64,000 bases of DNA from Oopsacas minuta (taxonomy: Eukaryota; Animalia; Porifera), in contig JAKMXF010000031.1 in assembly GCA_024704765.1 (NCBI GenBank), positions 6,666 to 70,665 of the forward strand, written 5' to 3'. The notes under the pieces are model-generated. The model saw only the letters and a program-made list of their open reading frames with translations. It was not told the DNA's origin and searched no databases. Below, one piece after another: positions 28,824-41,746 of the stretch. Position numbers and translations under genes: made by a program. The number at the start of each line of letters is the position of its first letter. Position 1 is the first letter of the stretch.

Positions 28824-31800
28824 TTACTGATCTCCTGGATCAACTTCTCCAGGTGGGCCTATAAACAAACAACAAATAAACAATCAGTACGACGTATCAT
28901 CTGTAGCAAAAGATCTCTCAGATTTGGTACATTTCAATATACTTTTAAGGAAATTTTGTGAGAAGAGATGTCTCGCTTATAGAATAGAAATCAATTGAGT
29001 GTCTAAGGCCACAGTTAATGAGAAACTTGTTTCAGCTACACGTTAGATACACCTGAACAAACATTCTGGCGGGCTACTCATTATTTTGTGAGATATCAGC
29101 TGGGAAATTAGTTCATTGACTTCATTTAACAATAATATTAAAATCAATAAAGTCAAGTTTGCTATGAGAACTGTCTAGACTATGAATAAGATACTTCTAT
29201 TGTACTCTAGCCGGTTTATACAACTTGTATTTAAATACATTGAGTAAAATGGTGAAATAATGACAATAATGACAATANNNNNNNNNNNNNNNNNNNNNNN
29301 NNNNNNNNNNNNNNNNNNNNNNNNNNNNNNNNNNNNNNNNNNNNNNNNNNNNNNNNNNNNNNNNNNNNNNNNNNNNNNNNNNNNNNNNNNNNNNNNNNNN
29401 NNNNNNNNNNNNNNNNNNNNNNNNNNNNNNNNNNNNNNNNNNNNNNNNNNNNNNNNNNNNNNNNNNNNNNNNNNNNNNNNNNNNNNNNNNNNNNNNNNNN
29501 NNNNNNNNNNNNNNNNNNNNNNNNNNNNNNNNNNNNNNNNNNNNNNAATAATGACAATAATGACAATACCAGTAAGGTAGCCAAATCAGATGTGGGTGGT
29601 GGAGCTGAAACATGTTTCCAACTAACAGTGGACTAACAATTGAAAATCAGTGAAAATTGGAAATACAAAAGTAAAGCAATTCTTAAGTATAAATAGAGGA
29701 AATATTTTGAGGAATAATGACCTGTAAAACTGAGATTTTCTGTGAGTTATCGTCGAGTAGACATAACTACCCAAAAGCTAATCAATGAATGATACAGTAG
29801 GCACTCGAAGAGTGACTTCAACTGACAGGAAATACTTAACACAGATTCCATCAAACTTATCAAGAACATAAGACAAAAAGTGTATTCTTATTCTTCCATA
29901 CAGCTTGATTATATATTTTATATTACGATATGGAAGTCTAATATCTTTTGCATAGACTTATATTACACGAAGTGTATGGGCCCGTAGGCTGTAGCAGCGC
30001 TGCATTCGTCTGGATAATACCCTGCTTAGCACCGCGTTCATTCCATTATGGTATCTCACTGACTGTTCAAACAATACAAAGAGGTAATTAGATTAGGTTA
30101 CTCACCATCCTGCATATCAGATGTCCATAGAGTTAGGTTATCTCTTAACAGCTGCATTATCAGAGTAGAATCTTTGTAGGAATCTTCATTCAGACTGTCT
30201 AGCTCTGCGATTGCATCATCAAAAGCGCCCTTGGCAAGTTCGCATGCTTTGGTTTGATCATCATGGATTTCGTAGTTGAACACTGAGTAGTTAAGAGCTA
30301 GTCTATGAGAAGAAAAGGTGTTGAGTACATTTATAATATTTGGTGCTGAACAATGATTACTTACCCAAGTCGGATTGGGTGAGTGGATGGAAGACCCTGT
30401 AATTCACTGTCTACGTTCACTCCATTTACTGCCAGAGTTAGAGCTTCTTTGTATGCTTCATGGGCACGGTGAGCAACTTCTTTACGCGGTTTATCTAGTT
30501 TATATTCCGCCATGTAGCGGCAGTAATCTCCTTTCCTACACACATAGGTAACTAATCCAACAAATTACATAATCTATATTATTAAATCTCAATTGTTATA
30601 TGTATGTTTGTCCGTTGTCAAGGAAAGATTTATGGTATGCAATTTTGAAATCGTTGCATAACTATGTGTTTATCGTGTTTATTAAGGAAGAAAATAAAAT
30701 TCAATAAAACTTCACCAAATATATCGAATATGCTGAATCCGATTTTCACACTTTTGGATTAATCACAAGTGAGTTTATTGTTGTTTGTATGAATTAAAGT
30801 AAACAAATTTCAATATTGTTGTAGAATCATACTTTCAAAGACTATCCTGGGGTAATCGAGTATACTGAGTCTGAATATTGTAAACAACATTAATATTATT
30901 AAAACTACAATTGTTGTTATTGCGTTGAATACTTCGAGGTATATTGCGCCGAGTTCATCGCGAAGCGACGAGTCTAAGGCTCATGATGTAGAAATCAGTT
31001 TGTATGTACTCGTTTTGGAGAAAAGATGTACTTTTCGCCGAAACGAATTTCTTTCATTCTATTAATTATATAAAAAACATATTTGGATAAGATGAACTTC
31101 AGTTAGTACAAATTATTGTTGCCAGGGCGGTAGACCGTCGACACTGGGGGAGGAATAAACTAAATAATTAGTGAAGCAGGTTTGCAATTAAATGAATAGA
31201 TACCGTAGCTAGAAGTTACTACTGTATTCTCACTAGAATATCCGATCTGCCAAATATTGAATCGGATGAATGAGTGAGAATACAGTAGTTGATGAGGTTA
31301 ATGTATATACAAATCCACTTGTATAATTCGATACTATTTTCATCTTCCAACGAGTGCCGGATTATGCAGTTTTCACTGTCCACTGTAAGCACAACATTTC
31401 TAANNNNNNNNNNNNNNNNNNNNNNNNNNNNNNNNNNNNNNNNNNNNNNNNNNNNNNNNNNNNNNNNNNNNNNNNNNNNNNNNNNNNNNNNNNNNNNNNN
31501 NNNNNNNNNNNNNNNNNNNNNNNNNNNNNNNNNNNNNNNNNNNNNNNNNNNNNNNNNNNNNNNNNNNNNNNNNNNNNNNNNNNNNNNNNNNNNNNNNNNN
31601 NNNNNNNNNNNNNNNNNNNNNNNNNNNNNNNNNNNNNNNNNNNNNNNNNNNNNNNNNNNNNNNNNNNNNNNNNNNNNNNNNNNNNNNNNNNNNNNNNNNN
31701 NNNNNNNNNNNNNNNNNNNNNNNNNNNNNNNNNNNNNNNNNNNNNNNNNNNNNNNNNNNNNNNNNNNNNNNNNNNNNNNNNNNNNNNNNNNNNNNNNNNN

Positions 31801-33137
31801 NNNNNNNNNNNNNNNNNNNNNNNNNNNNNNNNNNNNNNNNNNNNNNNNNNNNNNNNNNNNNNNNNNNNNNNNNNNNNNNNNNNNNNNNNNNNNNNNNNNN
31901 NNNNNNNNNNNNNNNNNNNNNNNNNNNNNNNNNNNNNNNNNNNNNNNNNNNNNNNNNNNNNNNNNNNNNNNNNNNNNNNNNNNNNNNNNNNNNNNNNNNN
32001 NNNNNNNNNNNNNNNNNNNNNNNNNNNNNNNNNNNNNNNNNNNNNNNNNNNNNNNNNNNNNNNNNNNNNNNNNNNNNNNNNNNNNNNNNNNNNNNNNNNN
32101 NNNNNNNNNNNNNNNNNNNNNNNNNNNNNNNNNNNNNNNNNNNNNNNNNNNNNNNNNNNNNNNNNNNNNNNNNNNNNNNNNNNNNNNNNNNNNNNNNNNN
32201 NNNNNNNNNNNNNNNNNNNNNNNNNNNNNNNNNNNNNNNNNNNNNNNNNNNNNNNNNNNNNNNNNNNNNNNNNNNNNNNNNNNNNNNNNNNNNNNNNNNN
32301 NNNNNNNNNNNNNNNNNNNNNCTTCTACAGTAATACCATATGCAGAATTTCCGAAACATACCGTACACTGTTACTCTGCCGCGGACGGACGGAATGACTT
32401 AACACATCGTTAATGGCAAAAGGACATTTCCCTAGAAGCTGTACTAATTGTCATATACAGGAACCATGGAGATATTATAAGGGTTATTCGGAGCACTCGG
32501 CCCCTAAGGCTCCCTATATCAAATATTCATACGAATAAATCAGTAAATAGAGGAAAGACTGATAGCAATATTCTTTCCGATCACTGTTTATAAATGGTTG
32601 CTCTAGTTATGGCATAGGGAAAGATCCGAAATATAAATTCGTCAAAAATGGTACGCCAAGAGGAGCTACTAGATAATCCATAGTCCGGCACGGTTATTTT
32701 AGACTAAAGATATAAGATACATGGGGCATCCACCTCTAGAGAAGACATAGCGTTGGTAGAGAAAGCGATCGGGTTGTATAGTGTACACATATTTCTAAGT
32801 TAACTAACTTTGAGTATTTCAACTTTTTTCTCGTTTCGTGGCTCTCGACCCAATTCTTTCTGCTCAATAGAGCTTATTATTCTCCAGGATGTTCTCCTAC
32901 TACCGATCACATTCTTGTAGGCAACTGAGAGCAGATTCCTCTCTTCTGTCAACAGGACTTGTCCATGTTTGTGTTTCAGTTTGAGAAAGTCTTCCATTGA
33001 CTGAACCATTTCTAGATCGTATTCATAAATAATACCATAAAGATAACCAATAATGCTTACTTACCGTCATATCTCTCTGCTTGCTCAGCAAGTTTAGCAG
33101 CGAACACTTTAGGACTGAATTCCTTATTCTCAGACAT
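28824..33137 (-). CDS. 14-3-3 protein; visible exons 33137-33065, 33011-32809, 30535-30365, 30302-30106, 28858-28824; one internal exon missing, probably in the gap 31404-32321
   Basis: [67 protein letters not shown]; GT-AG sites in compatible phases. Confidence 0.9.
29278..29546. other. Assembly gap flanked by (ATGACAATA)n 9-bp tandem repeat
   Basis: Run of N with the same 9-mer on both sides; probably an unresolved minisatellite. Confidence 0.9.
30573..30980 (+). mobile_element. Non-autonomous Helitron-like repeat (second copy)
   Basis: A|TCTATATTATTAAATCTC start shared with 10179; GC-rich cgcgaagcgacgagtctaag near the approximate end. Confidence 0.55.
31404..32321. other. Assembly gap
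   Basis: Run of N. Confidence 1.
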
Positions 33138-33401
33138 GTAACTAGAGTATTCGTTTTGTAACTAGACTTATTCAATCCTATTTATTGAATAGAAAGCTTT
33201 CTCTTGACGTCCTTAGCAACCATAGCAACTGTATTATAACTAGTAGAATTACGTAAACCCAATTTAGATCTCTAATGGTAGTATAGTGATTGATAATTGA
33301 TACTCTTATACTGACTGATTGGGAGATATTACTGTACAGATTCCCACTATTCATATTGGTAATGAGATATATTACACTGAACACAAAGATTGTTTTACTT
33401 A

Positions 33402-35320
33402 ATGGCAACTCGACACGGAGCGCTTGGTGAATCTGATAATAGTGAGGGCGACTTGGCTGATTATACAGAACGCCTCGAGCATTATTATGTAGCTAATTAG
33501 ATTGAATCGGCAGAAAAGTGAAGAGCTATATTACTAAGCTGTTGCGGTCCATAGACTTTTCAACTTGTGAAGATCTTGCTTGCTCCAGAAAAACCATACG
33601 GCGAGATAGTACAATTGGTAGGCACTCATCTTAATCCTAAACCTTCGATAATAGTGCAGAGGATATTTGACTTAGTGAACTTGAATCTTTGGATACTTAT
33701 ATGGCTGAGCTGAAAAGACTTTCAGAAAATTGTGGATTTGGCGAAACGCTGCAGGACATGTTACGTGATCGTCTGGTATGTGATATAAAGATGCAGGTGT
33801 CCAGAGCAGGTTACTTTCTGAATCTGAGTTTACGTATAAGAAGGGATACGACATTCACTGGGTGTGGAATCCGCAGAACGGAACGCGAAGAATCTTCAAT
33901 CCCAGAAGAAGGAAGAACATCTAACAATGAAAACCTAGGCTCAGGCCATGCCTTCGTCATGAATTCTTCAGCTCGATAACACACAACCCTACGTGGTCAG
34001 AGAGGTTTGTGTTATAGATGAGCTGGAAGGCATCAATCGAAGGGCTGCAGTTTTAAAGAGGCGACGTGTTACAATTGTAATATACGGGATCATTTAGCTA
34101 AAGTTTGCCAAAGCAAATCGGGGTCAGATTCTACCAGAGGGTATTTTAAGCTCCGATGATCGGAAAAATGTGAAGCTATAAATGATTTTGTGTAGTAACA
34201 AAATGCAAAATGTGAAGTATAAAAAAATGTGTTTGAACTTTACATGTCAAAGGACATTCAGATTTTGTAACTTTCACTTCAAATGAAGATATCGTTAGGG
34301 ATGTTCATCGTTGCATTGCACCTGATGTAGATCTTGCCTCAGTAGCTGATCAATATGATGATATCGTTAAATTTGAGTTTCCAGAAAGAACCTCAAAGAA
34401 GGTTTTATGTCATCTTTGTTCAATCAAAACTGGGGATTTTTATGAAATTTCTATACTATTAAGTCGCATTTTGGTATGTAAACCTCATTCGGCGGATTGT
34501 GAGAGGTTAATTTCTGCTTATAATAAACTTAAAACTCAAGAAAGATCTTCTCTATCTCGAAGTACGATCAGTGATTATTTATACGTCATATCAATATGCC
34601 TGAATTGAGTAATTTTAATCCAAGACCAGCAGTGTATATTGGATTAATGAAGTGGAACATAGAAAAAGAGATTCATTGAAAGCAGGAGATCAAAAATGGT
34701 ACAAAAATGTACTCGAACATAGTCTAACTGACACAAATTTAGATACTATCACTTCAGATAGGACCATTAAGAGATTATTCTAGATTTCTTAAACTTGTAG
34801 CTGGACATGTTACTATTTTATAGAATAATACATCAATAACACGATTCCTATACTACATGGTTAGATAAAAGAGGTGGATAGTATAATTATGGGACCTAAT
34901 CGCTCGGGGACCTAATTTACTCGTACTATTTTGGAGATGTGAAGTTATAAAAAATCGTTAAAATAACCCCTGGATTCTACTTATGCGCCTGGCCGCCTGC
35001 TCGTCTGAGAAATATTCATAACTTAGGCCATGACAATGAAAACGCCAATCACGCGCCTGAATATAGCATTAGATATATAACATTAGAGATCTAGTGTGTA
35101 GGCTTAGGTTTAGGGTATCTAACTAACAATGGAAATCTATACAGGACCAAATACACTAGACTAAGAACCTATACAGGGGAGACTATCAAAGTTATAGGTG
35201 AAATGGAGGTTGAGCTAACGCTAGACAGTCAATAAGAAAAGCTTTTCCTGGTTAATCGTGGATGGCGATGGACCGAGCCTATTGGGGAGAGACAGGTTAA
35301 GGAAACTGAGAATCAATTAG
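33402..35320 (+). mobile_element. Degenerate Ty3/Gypsy gag-protease remnant
   Basis: YTERLEHYYVAN, LKRLSENCGFGETLQDMLRDRLVC, CCHC-like knuckle (CYNCNIRDHLAKVC), LRTYTGETIKVIG, PSLLGRD; many stops. Confidence 0.8.
34160..35030 (+). mobile_element. hAT transposase 3' remnant inserted in the Gypsy remnant
   Basis: LLSRILVCKPHSADCERLISAYNKLKTQERSSL is a hAT C-terminal dimerisation-domain motif; boundaries approximate. Confidence 0.75.
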
Positions 35321-35932
35321 TGTCAACTGAACCAAATTTATTATTAGTCTCATTTACTGAATGTATTTATACAAGTTATACGTTAATTATTCAGGTGTCA
35401 AGTGGTGAAATAGAAAGTTTCTGTAATATCGCAATACGTATTATTCTAGAACATTCCTCTCTGCTGCACTGATGACAGGATCATATTAGTTAGTATTTAT
35501 AATAACTCTTGGATTAGGCTTCAGAGTATTCTTAGATTATACCTGTAATTGTAGATTCATAAGATTCCCACTACTGATACATTATACTTTACTATTCCCT
35601 TGAATGTTATGTCATCTTCAGTTACCTAACAACCATAATACACAAGAGTTATTTAACTCTTCTCACCTGTCAGTCAATTTGTAATTTTGCGGAATGATTA
35701 TTTAATCCCAGATTTGTACTACCGTAATTATGAATATACAAAGAGTGAAATATGATAATTTAATTACTAACAAATATGTAAACACAACAATTGAATTAAT
35801 ATATATCTATTACACTATCAATAAAACTAGTACAAATAATATCAAAGTTATTATTAACAACTATTCCTCTAGGATGATTACATTTAATTTTGTGTATCAG
35901 CTGTCCATCTTTAGTAAATGGACAGCTGATAC

Positions 35933-36397
35933 TAGCTTAGAGAGACCTGCCCTCTCTTGGACAGCATTCATGGGGTTGAGTCTCAGGAGAGGCTGTAGTA
36001 TTCCCAGTTCTTGTTCGTAGTCCCTCTTTCCCAATGACAGAAGCATAGGAACTGTTTTGCATTGCAATCCGACTGCATTACTCACTGACTCTGGTAAACT
36101 ACTGCTCCACCTCTACCCACGCCTGAAGAGCCTCTGGAGATGATAACAGGAATTGTGTGTCCTCTCTTTCCACAAATGAGATTGAGGCCTGTAGTCTAGC
36201 TAGTCTCCCTTCTGGTGCCTCACACACTCCTAGAGAAGAGGGGATCTCTTTTGTATCCGGGGACTTAGTTTCCCTAAAGGAACTGACTATCCACCAGAGA
36301 GAGGATTTCCCCTTGAGTGATTTCTTGCGGGAGCGGGACATGTAGAGCTTGGGAGCTCCTGGCACCAATTCTGTCCTCTCAAAGAGGGACTCATCCA
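35933..36397 (-). pseudogene. Liprin-alpha-like SAM1 exon fragment (third copy)
   Basis: Direct homologue of 44570-45041; WVEVE...CKTVPMLLSLGKRDYEQELGILQPLLRL. Confidence 0.7.
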
Positions 36398-36549
36398 CTA
36401 TATGTCAGTTATCAGATATTGTGGTAGCGGTTATTTACAGTTGTGTTCGCCTAATAGCAATATTGCTCAATTTGTAAGTTACTTTTAGCCCCTAAGTGAG
36501 TATTTCTTGTATATTTTGTTCCTCTAATAGCAAGTTAGCTTATTAGTTA

Positions 36550-36730
36550 CCAAATTCCATTCAAAATGCGACTTCTTATTACTCAAACACCACTCCTTAT
36601 TTCAGAGGTAGCATTCTCTGGTAGACCTAGAGCTACCGCTTTTATAGCATAGCAATCCTCTGTTACTGTTCCTGTAGACTTCAAGTACTTCCAAACTTCT
36701 CAAATGCATCCACCTTCACAACCCATATAG
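36550..36730 (-). pseudogene. Papain-family (cathepsin B-like) exon fragment
   Basis: MGCEGGCI*EVWKYLKSTGTVTEDCY resembles GCxGG..AWxY..xGxVxxxCYPY; short and has stops. Confidence 0.35.
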
Positions 36731-36759
36731 TATATAGAATAAGATATTCACATACTTGC

Positions 36760-37860
36760 TGATTAGCCTCCCAAGATTCATGGATTATCACAGAATTTTC
36801 ATACAAATCAAAGGAAGAAATTGATTTTTCCAAATAATTGTTTCAAATTGCTATTTAAAGATGGAAACTTGGAAATACCGAAATTTAGCAAAGAGATTAT
36901 ACAAATAGGTTTGCCAGTGATTAACTGTCACATTTTGCTAGTTTGTATACTGCCTTCATCTCCCTATAATACTTCTGATTTCCTTCTAGAATCCTTAAAT
37001 TCAACGTCAACATACTAGACGAATGGAAACGATTGTTGTGCCAGGAGATTAATTATTGTTGTTTGATTTTGGACCATTTCAGGCAGTAACTGGAGTACGT
37101 TCCCAATAGATACCAAATTCTCTTTGATCTCTCAAAAGTTCTAACTTATCATCCTCTTTTGCAATAAGAATAGACTTTGTATCATTAATGTCAATGGACG
37201 TTACCAACTATGATGATGTCCTTTCCTACTAACTGCTGGTACTTCACCATCAAATGGGACTGAAGGACTAATTGGCATTTCACTACTTTCGACCAGGATA
37301 AAAGGAAGTGGAGATATTGTATGGGCAATACGATTTAGTGCTAGAATTCTCATGTTTCACTCATCTACTGAGTCTATTCCCTGTCTCACAGTAGAGACTG
37401 TACCTAGTATATTCTTGTTGGCTAGGCCTATGCCCACCATAGCTTGTTCCCTCTCCCATCTGCATTTTTCCAACAGCAGCTCCTTCATTACTACGTAGCA
37501 CTTTTCTATACGGCCCTGCACACAATTTCTCTATCTCTATCCTGTAGCAATTGGTGTGAAGGATCCAGTGATGAGATAGCTCAGAATCAATAGTTCTGAG
37601 CTCTTCGTGCTCTTTGAAGCCATCCAATCCTAAGTCTGTCTGTACAAACTGGTTAGCAGAGGGAGTGAAGGTAGGATGTTGAATGGAAGAGGAACTAGGT
37701 GGATCTTGCAGCTTCTGTACCTTCAATGATGGATAGTAAGAACTGGTCGGAGCACTACCCGAGGCGCTTGATTTGGGTGTGGTGTAGGGTTGGGAGGGAG
37801 ACTCGGGAGTATCTGAGTCTGAATATTTGCGTTTACGAGTTGATTTGAGACTAGTGTTGC
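36760..37860 (-). pseudogene. Degraded coding sequence of an unidentified protein
   Basis: Long protein-like frames (HHWILHTNCY..., ILALNRIAHTISPLPFILVE, EFGIYWERTP) broken by stops and frameshifts; family not recognised. Confidence 0.45.
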
Positions 37861-37893
37861 TAGGGGTGGGGGTAACGTCATGTGATGCATTAA

Positions 37894-37980
37894 GTTCTCC
37901 TCACACCAGTCTAAAGTAGATGTGGTATAGCCCCAGTGTCCCTTGATGTGGTATTTATCCGTCCATACATTAGGAGCCAT
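37894..37980 (-). pseudogene. Alkaline ceramidase (ACER3-like) N-terminal fragment
   Basis: MAPNVWTDKYHIKGHWGYTTSTLDWCEEN matches the family motif WGxxTSTLDWCEEN, then similarity stops abruptly. Confidence 0.8.
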
Positions 37981-38388
37981 TATTAGGAATCCTAGATCTA
38001 AACAAGGAGATAAAAATAAAAAAATAGTTAATGAAGGGAATGAAGAACTATAGGTGCTATAGTACACTAGTAAACAAAAATAAAACATAAATAAGATTAC
38101 ATGCAATGTAGAGATGTCAACAAATGAAATGCTATAATATATAGGAATTAGTTAGTGATAGAATGCTAAACTAACCAATAAATAAGAATCTGCTGTATTG
38201 AACCTGAACCTACGGAGTCCACTAAGTGATGATTAAAGTAATCTTGTGGTAAGTATAAGTTAATCGGGTCAAAACGGAGCTTCGAAGTTACAAATCAAGA
38301 AAACTGTTGAAAGGATTTAATAGACTATAGAGTATTAAGAAAAGGAAATAATCTGTGTAAGATAGAAATAATGGAAATAATCAATATA

Positions 38389-38577
38389 CTAATGTTCAGG
38401 TACGGGAATTTTTGAGTTGTCTGTGATTATCATATTGCTTATACCATTCTTTTTGATGTAATTAGCTTTCTGACCCTCCCCTCCAGTCATGTGTATTTCC
38501 TGTATATGTATAGCAGCATATATCATCTCCTGCATGTCTAACACCTTATAAAGTTCGGTATGGACTCCTCCTCCTGA
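38389..38577 (-). other. Orphan terminal-exon-like ORF ending in a copy of the TRAF 3' flank
   Basis: Polypyrimidine-CAG acceptor before GGGVHTELYK...; 38341-38401 matches 2760-2817. Confidence 0.3.
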
Positions 38578-39563
38578 AAACATAAACAAAATAATAACGA
38601 ATATAATTGTAACGAAAATAAACTATACCATCAGCTGCGCGACAGCTTAGTGCCTCAGGTTAGAAAACAATAAATTCATATATGATTAATCCAAAAGTGT
38701 AAAAATCGAATACAGCATATGCGTTATAATTAGAACGTCATGATGACGTAATAATTCCATGATAAGTTAGCTTTTGGTCAGAATCATGACATCAGGACAT
38801 GTGGCACCTTGAGGAGTACCTCTGTTTCAAAAATTTCAAACTTCTATCAACTATATTTGCTGAGCAGTGTTGAATAATGTGATTTTTGAAAATCAAAAAG
38901 GTGACAATTAACTCACAGTTTTGGTCATAGGTCTGAATTTTCCTTCAAATACTCGAAATGGTCCGAGGCAGGACCAAAGTACCCCCCCTGTATACCAAAA
39001 ATCAGCCCTCGAGGTTCTCCAGGTTTTTCAATCAATTCTGGACATACTAACATATATATGCACACTACCCTGTGTAGCCGTTTAGAGCAAGCCTGTATTT
39101 ACATTTTGAAATTTGGCCAATTTGTTTACTTTATATTCATAAAAACAACAATATGATTTCTCTTCGTAAGATCATCTGTTGTATGTTGCTAATGGTATCA
39201 GAAACACAAAGAATATTCCATTATTTCCTAATTAGTTATGATTTCTAGTCTATTGTGTAAACATTTAGATATTAAGCGTATCAAACAATACAAATACTTT
39301 TTCAAGTCAATTGAAGGATAATATTCGTAGAATCAATCTAGATACAACATTCATACATTCTAGCAAACCATAAAACATATCTTTGAAATATCAAAATATT
39401 GTTACTTAGTAAACCATAACATTAAAATTCAAATCTTGTATAAGATTAACCTTGCTCAGTTTAGCAGCGCCAAATACTCAATTTGGACGGTAACGACAGA
39501 TAAAGGTTGAGAAACGCTGGAGGGTTTATCTCACTATTTGAATGACCATTTAATAAACAGAAC

Positions 39564-40432
39564 TTACCGCTTCGCTAGTGAAGTGGGTGGGCTGTCACCG
39601 GGATGCTTCCGCTTGCGGCAAGCGCGATCCGTTGGCGGTGGAGGAGGAGGAGGAGTTGGAATCGGGATCTAGTAAAGAAAATAAAATAAAACTCGTCCGT
39701 AATAGGATGTATACATTCACACATTCTGGTGTACTCACTCTTGGTGGTGGAGCAGTAGTTGCTAGATAGAACAAAAGTTGTACTCGAAGGGAGTCGCATA
39801 CCATTCGAGACCTATCTAGTTCCTCCTTCAATACTTTCTCACATTTTAATAGAGCTTGCTTCTCATCCTCCAGTTGTTTCCTCCTAGTCTCCTCCATTTG
39901 AGCATTATTCTCTATTTGCTTCTTCAAATTGTGATTAGCTCTAGTGAGTTTCTTGATCTGATCACGTAGATAACTTGTTAGTTTATCATTCTCTACCTGT
40001 AACATCTTATATAATATTTCAAACATTGAATAATTGGAGAACAATTGTACTGGAGTTTCATGCAAATTAATAATTGGAGAAATTCCTATTTACAATTTGT
40101 ATATTATTCCTATTTAAGTCACATTGAAGTGTCTTAAACTATTTTAATTATTCTTAGACAATTCGTTAGTGGATTTTGGGAAAATTTTAACGCAGAATAT
40201 AATGAAGGGATTATCAATGATCAGTAAGATAGATGAAACTAACTTTCTTAGAATCTTCAATTGGGATAATTTTCTGAGTTTCATCCGTTCTTACCAACGT
40301 TCTACTGTTTATGATCTTTGGTTAAGTCAGCTTATCCACTCCCTCTTTCTCCTTCTCCTTCTCCTTCTTCTCGAAGAATTCTTTCAATAGCTCTTCTTTC
40401 TCACAGTCAATAGCAAGCTTTATTTCGGGCAT
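39564..40432 (-). pseudogene. Left-arm copy of the 3-exon coiled-coil/Pro-rich gene
   Basis: Same splice sites as 62996-63864 but AAA>TAA in exon 1 (KLT*). Confidence 0.65.
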
Positions 40433-41746
40433 TTTCGTTCCTCACGTAGAATGTGTTTTAATTATTCAGGAAAACAAGACAATAGTTCAATAAAAATAGG
40501 GAAGAAATAGAAATTAATAAAAATTAGATAATTTTTAATAAATTATAAATGAGAATTTCCAAACTTATGGGTGTATAAAAATTGAAATTATCATAGATTG
40601 TGAATATGCGAAGTATTTGGAAAATTGATATTATCCATTGGCTATGTACGGTATCGGCTCCTCTAAATGTATCAATTTTTCTTTTCACTTCTTTTATACC
40701 TATATTTACCCACATATGATGAAAACTGGAACTTATACGTCTTGCCGTTGGTTTGATATTAAACATAGTATTACGATTTGGGAGCATATCTAATTGAAGA
40801 GCATTGACGAAATGTCGGAGCATAAAGAAAGAAATATTTCGAATATTAAAATTGAATCAAAGAAATTGTAATGTTCTAAACTTGAATGGATAAAGTTACT
40901 AATCATATTTATTACTTTGATTGGTGAGAAGACCGCTGACAGGCTAATGGCAGTTCAAAGAGAGTTTGAAGTATCTCAAGGATCGGATTTCTTTGGAGTG
41001 GAATAATTAAAATTTACAGTGAATAATACAAACTCTATGAACAACAAATACACATGCAATGTGATTATAACTATCCTATTTTATCATATCGTTTGAAAAT
41101 GCCAAAAATGGAAAGAAAAATTGATAAACACCCATTCAAATGTACAAACCACTGTTTCTCAATATTCTTTGGGCCAAATAGCTCCCTTAAACACTTCCGG
41201 TGGGCGAAGAAACGCCCCCAGCGTGAGAAAACTGGTATAAACCAATAAATACCAAGTTAGAGTATTAAATGATATAATTAGTTCAACAACAGCAGAATCC
41301 ATAGAAATAACTAATACAAAATAAATAGCAATGATTGTATCTATTGTATCAGTACGGAGATTAGAAATATACAATTCAAAATATTACAAAGCTTTAGAGA
41401 AATAAGTTTAGTGCAAAATACAAATAATATACAAATGAGGGCTGACCTATAGCTATCGGATATTTACATAGTTTCAAGCAAAATACACTCCTTTGAGAAT
41501 CTCATCGTGTATCTGTACTAGTTTAAACAGGTTTAAAGTTCTCCGCTCATCGTTTGCAAACTCAATACTAATAAAGAGATATATTAATATATTTGCGAGA
41601 TAATAGTCACCATTAAAATGCATTGGGTATAACATTTGTAACACTTTCTCAGAGATGAACCAAGATTTCTCATAAATAATTAGAATAATTCCGAGTTCAA
41701 CAACTTTATATGAATATGCTAAGGTTGAATATTATGAATAACTTAC

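Noticed and set aside
29197-29613. Long ORFs spanning N runs (also 31289-32413)
   Set aside because: Artefacts of translating assembly gaps
37380-37600. Possible Mab-21/cGAS-like motif (HWILH...RKCYVVMKELL)
   Set aside because: Similarity rests on a few residues across a frameshift and cannot be supported without a profile search
39530-39547. Target-site duplication around the large palindrome
   Set aside because: Left flank (ctatttgaatgacc) and right flank (atttggagtgtcg) share no junction-adjacent direct repeat
40524-41374. Additional short ORFs conserved between the arms (and 62077-62913)
   Set aside because: Conservation is explained by the duplication itself; no recognisable domain or convincing splice model
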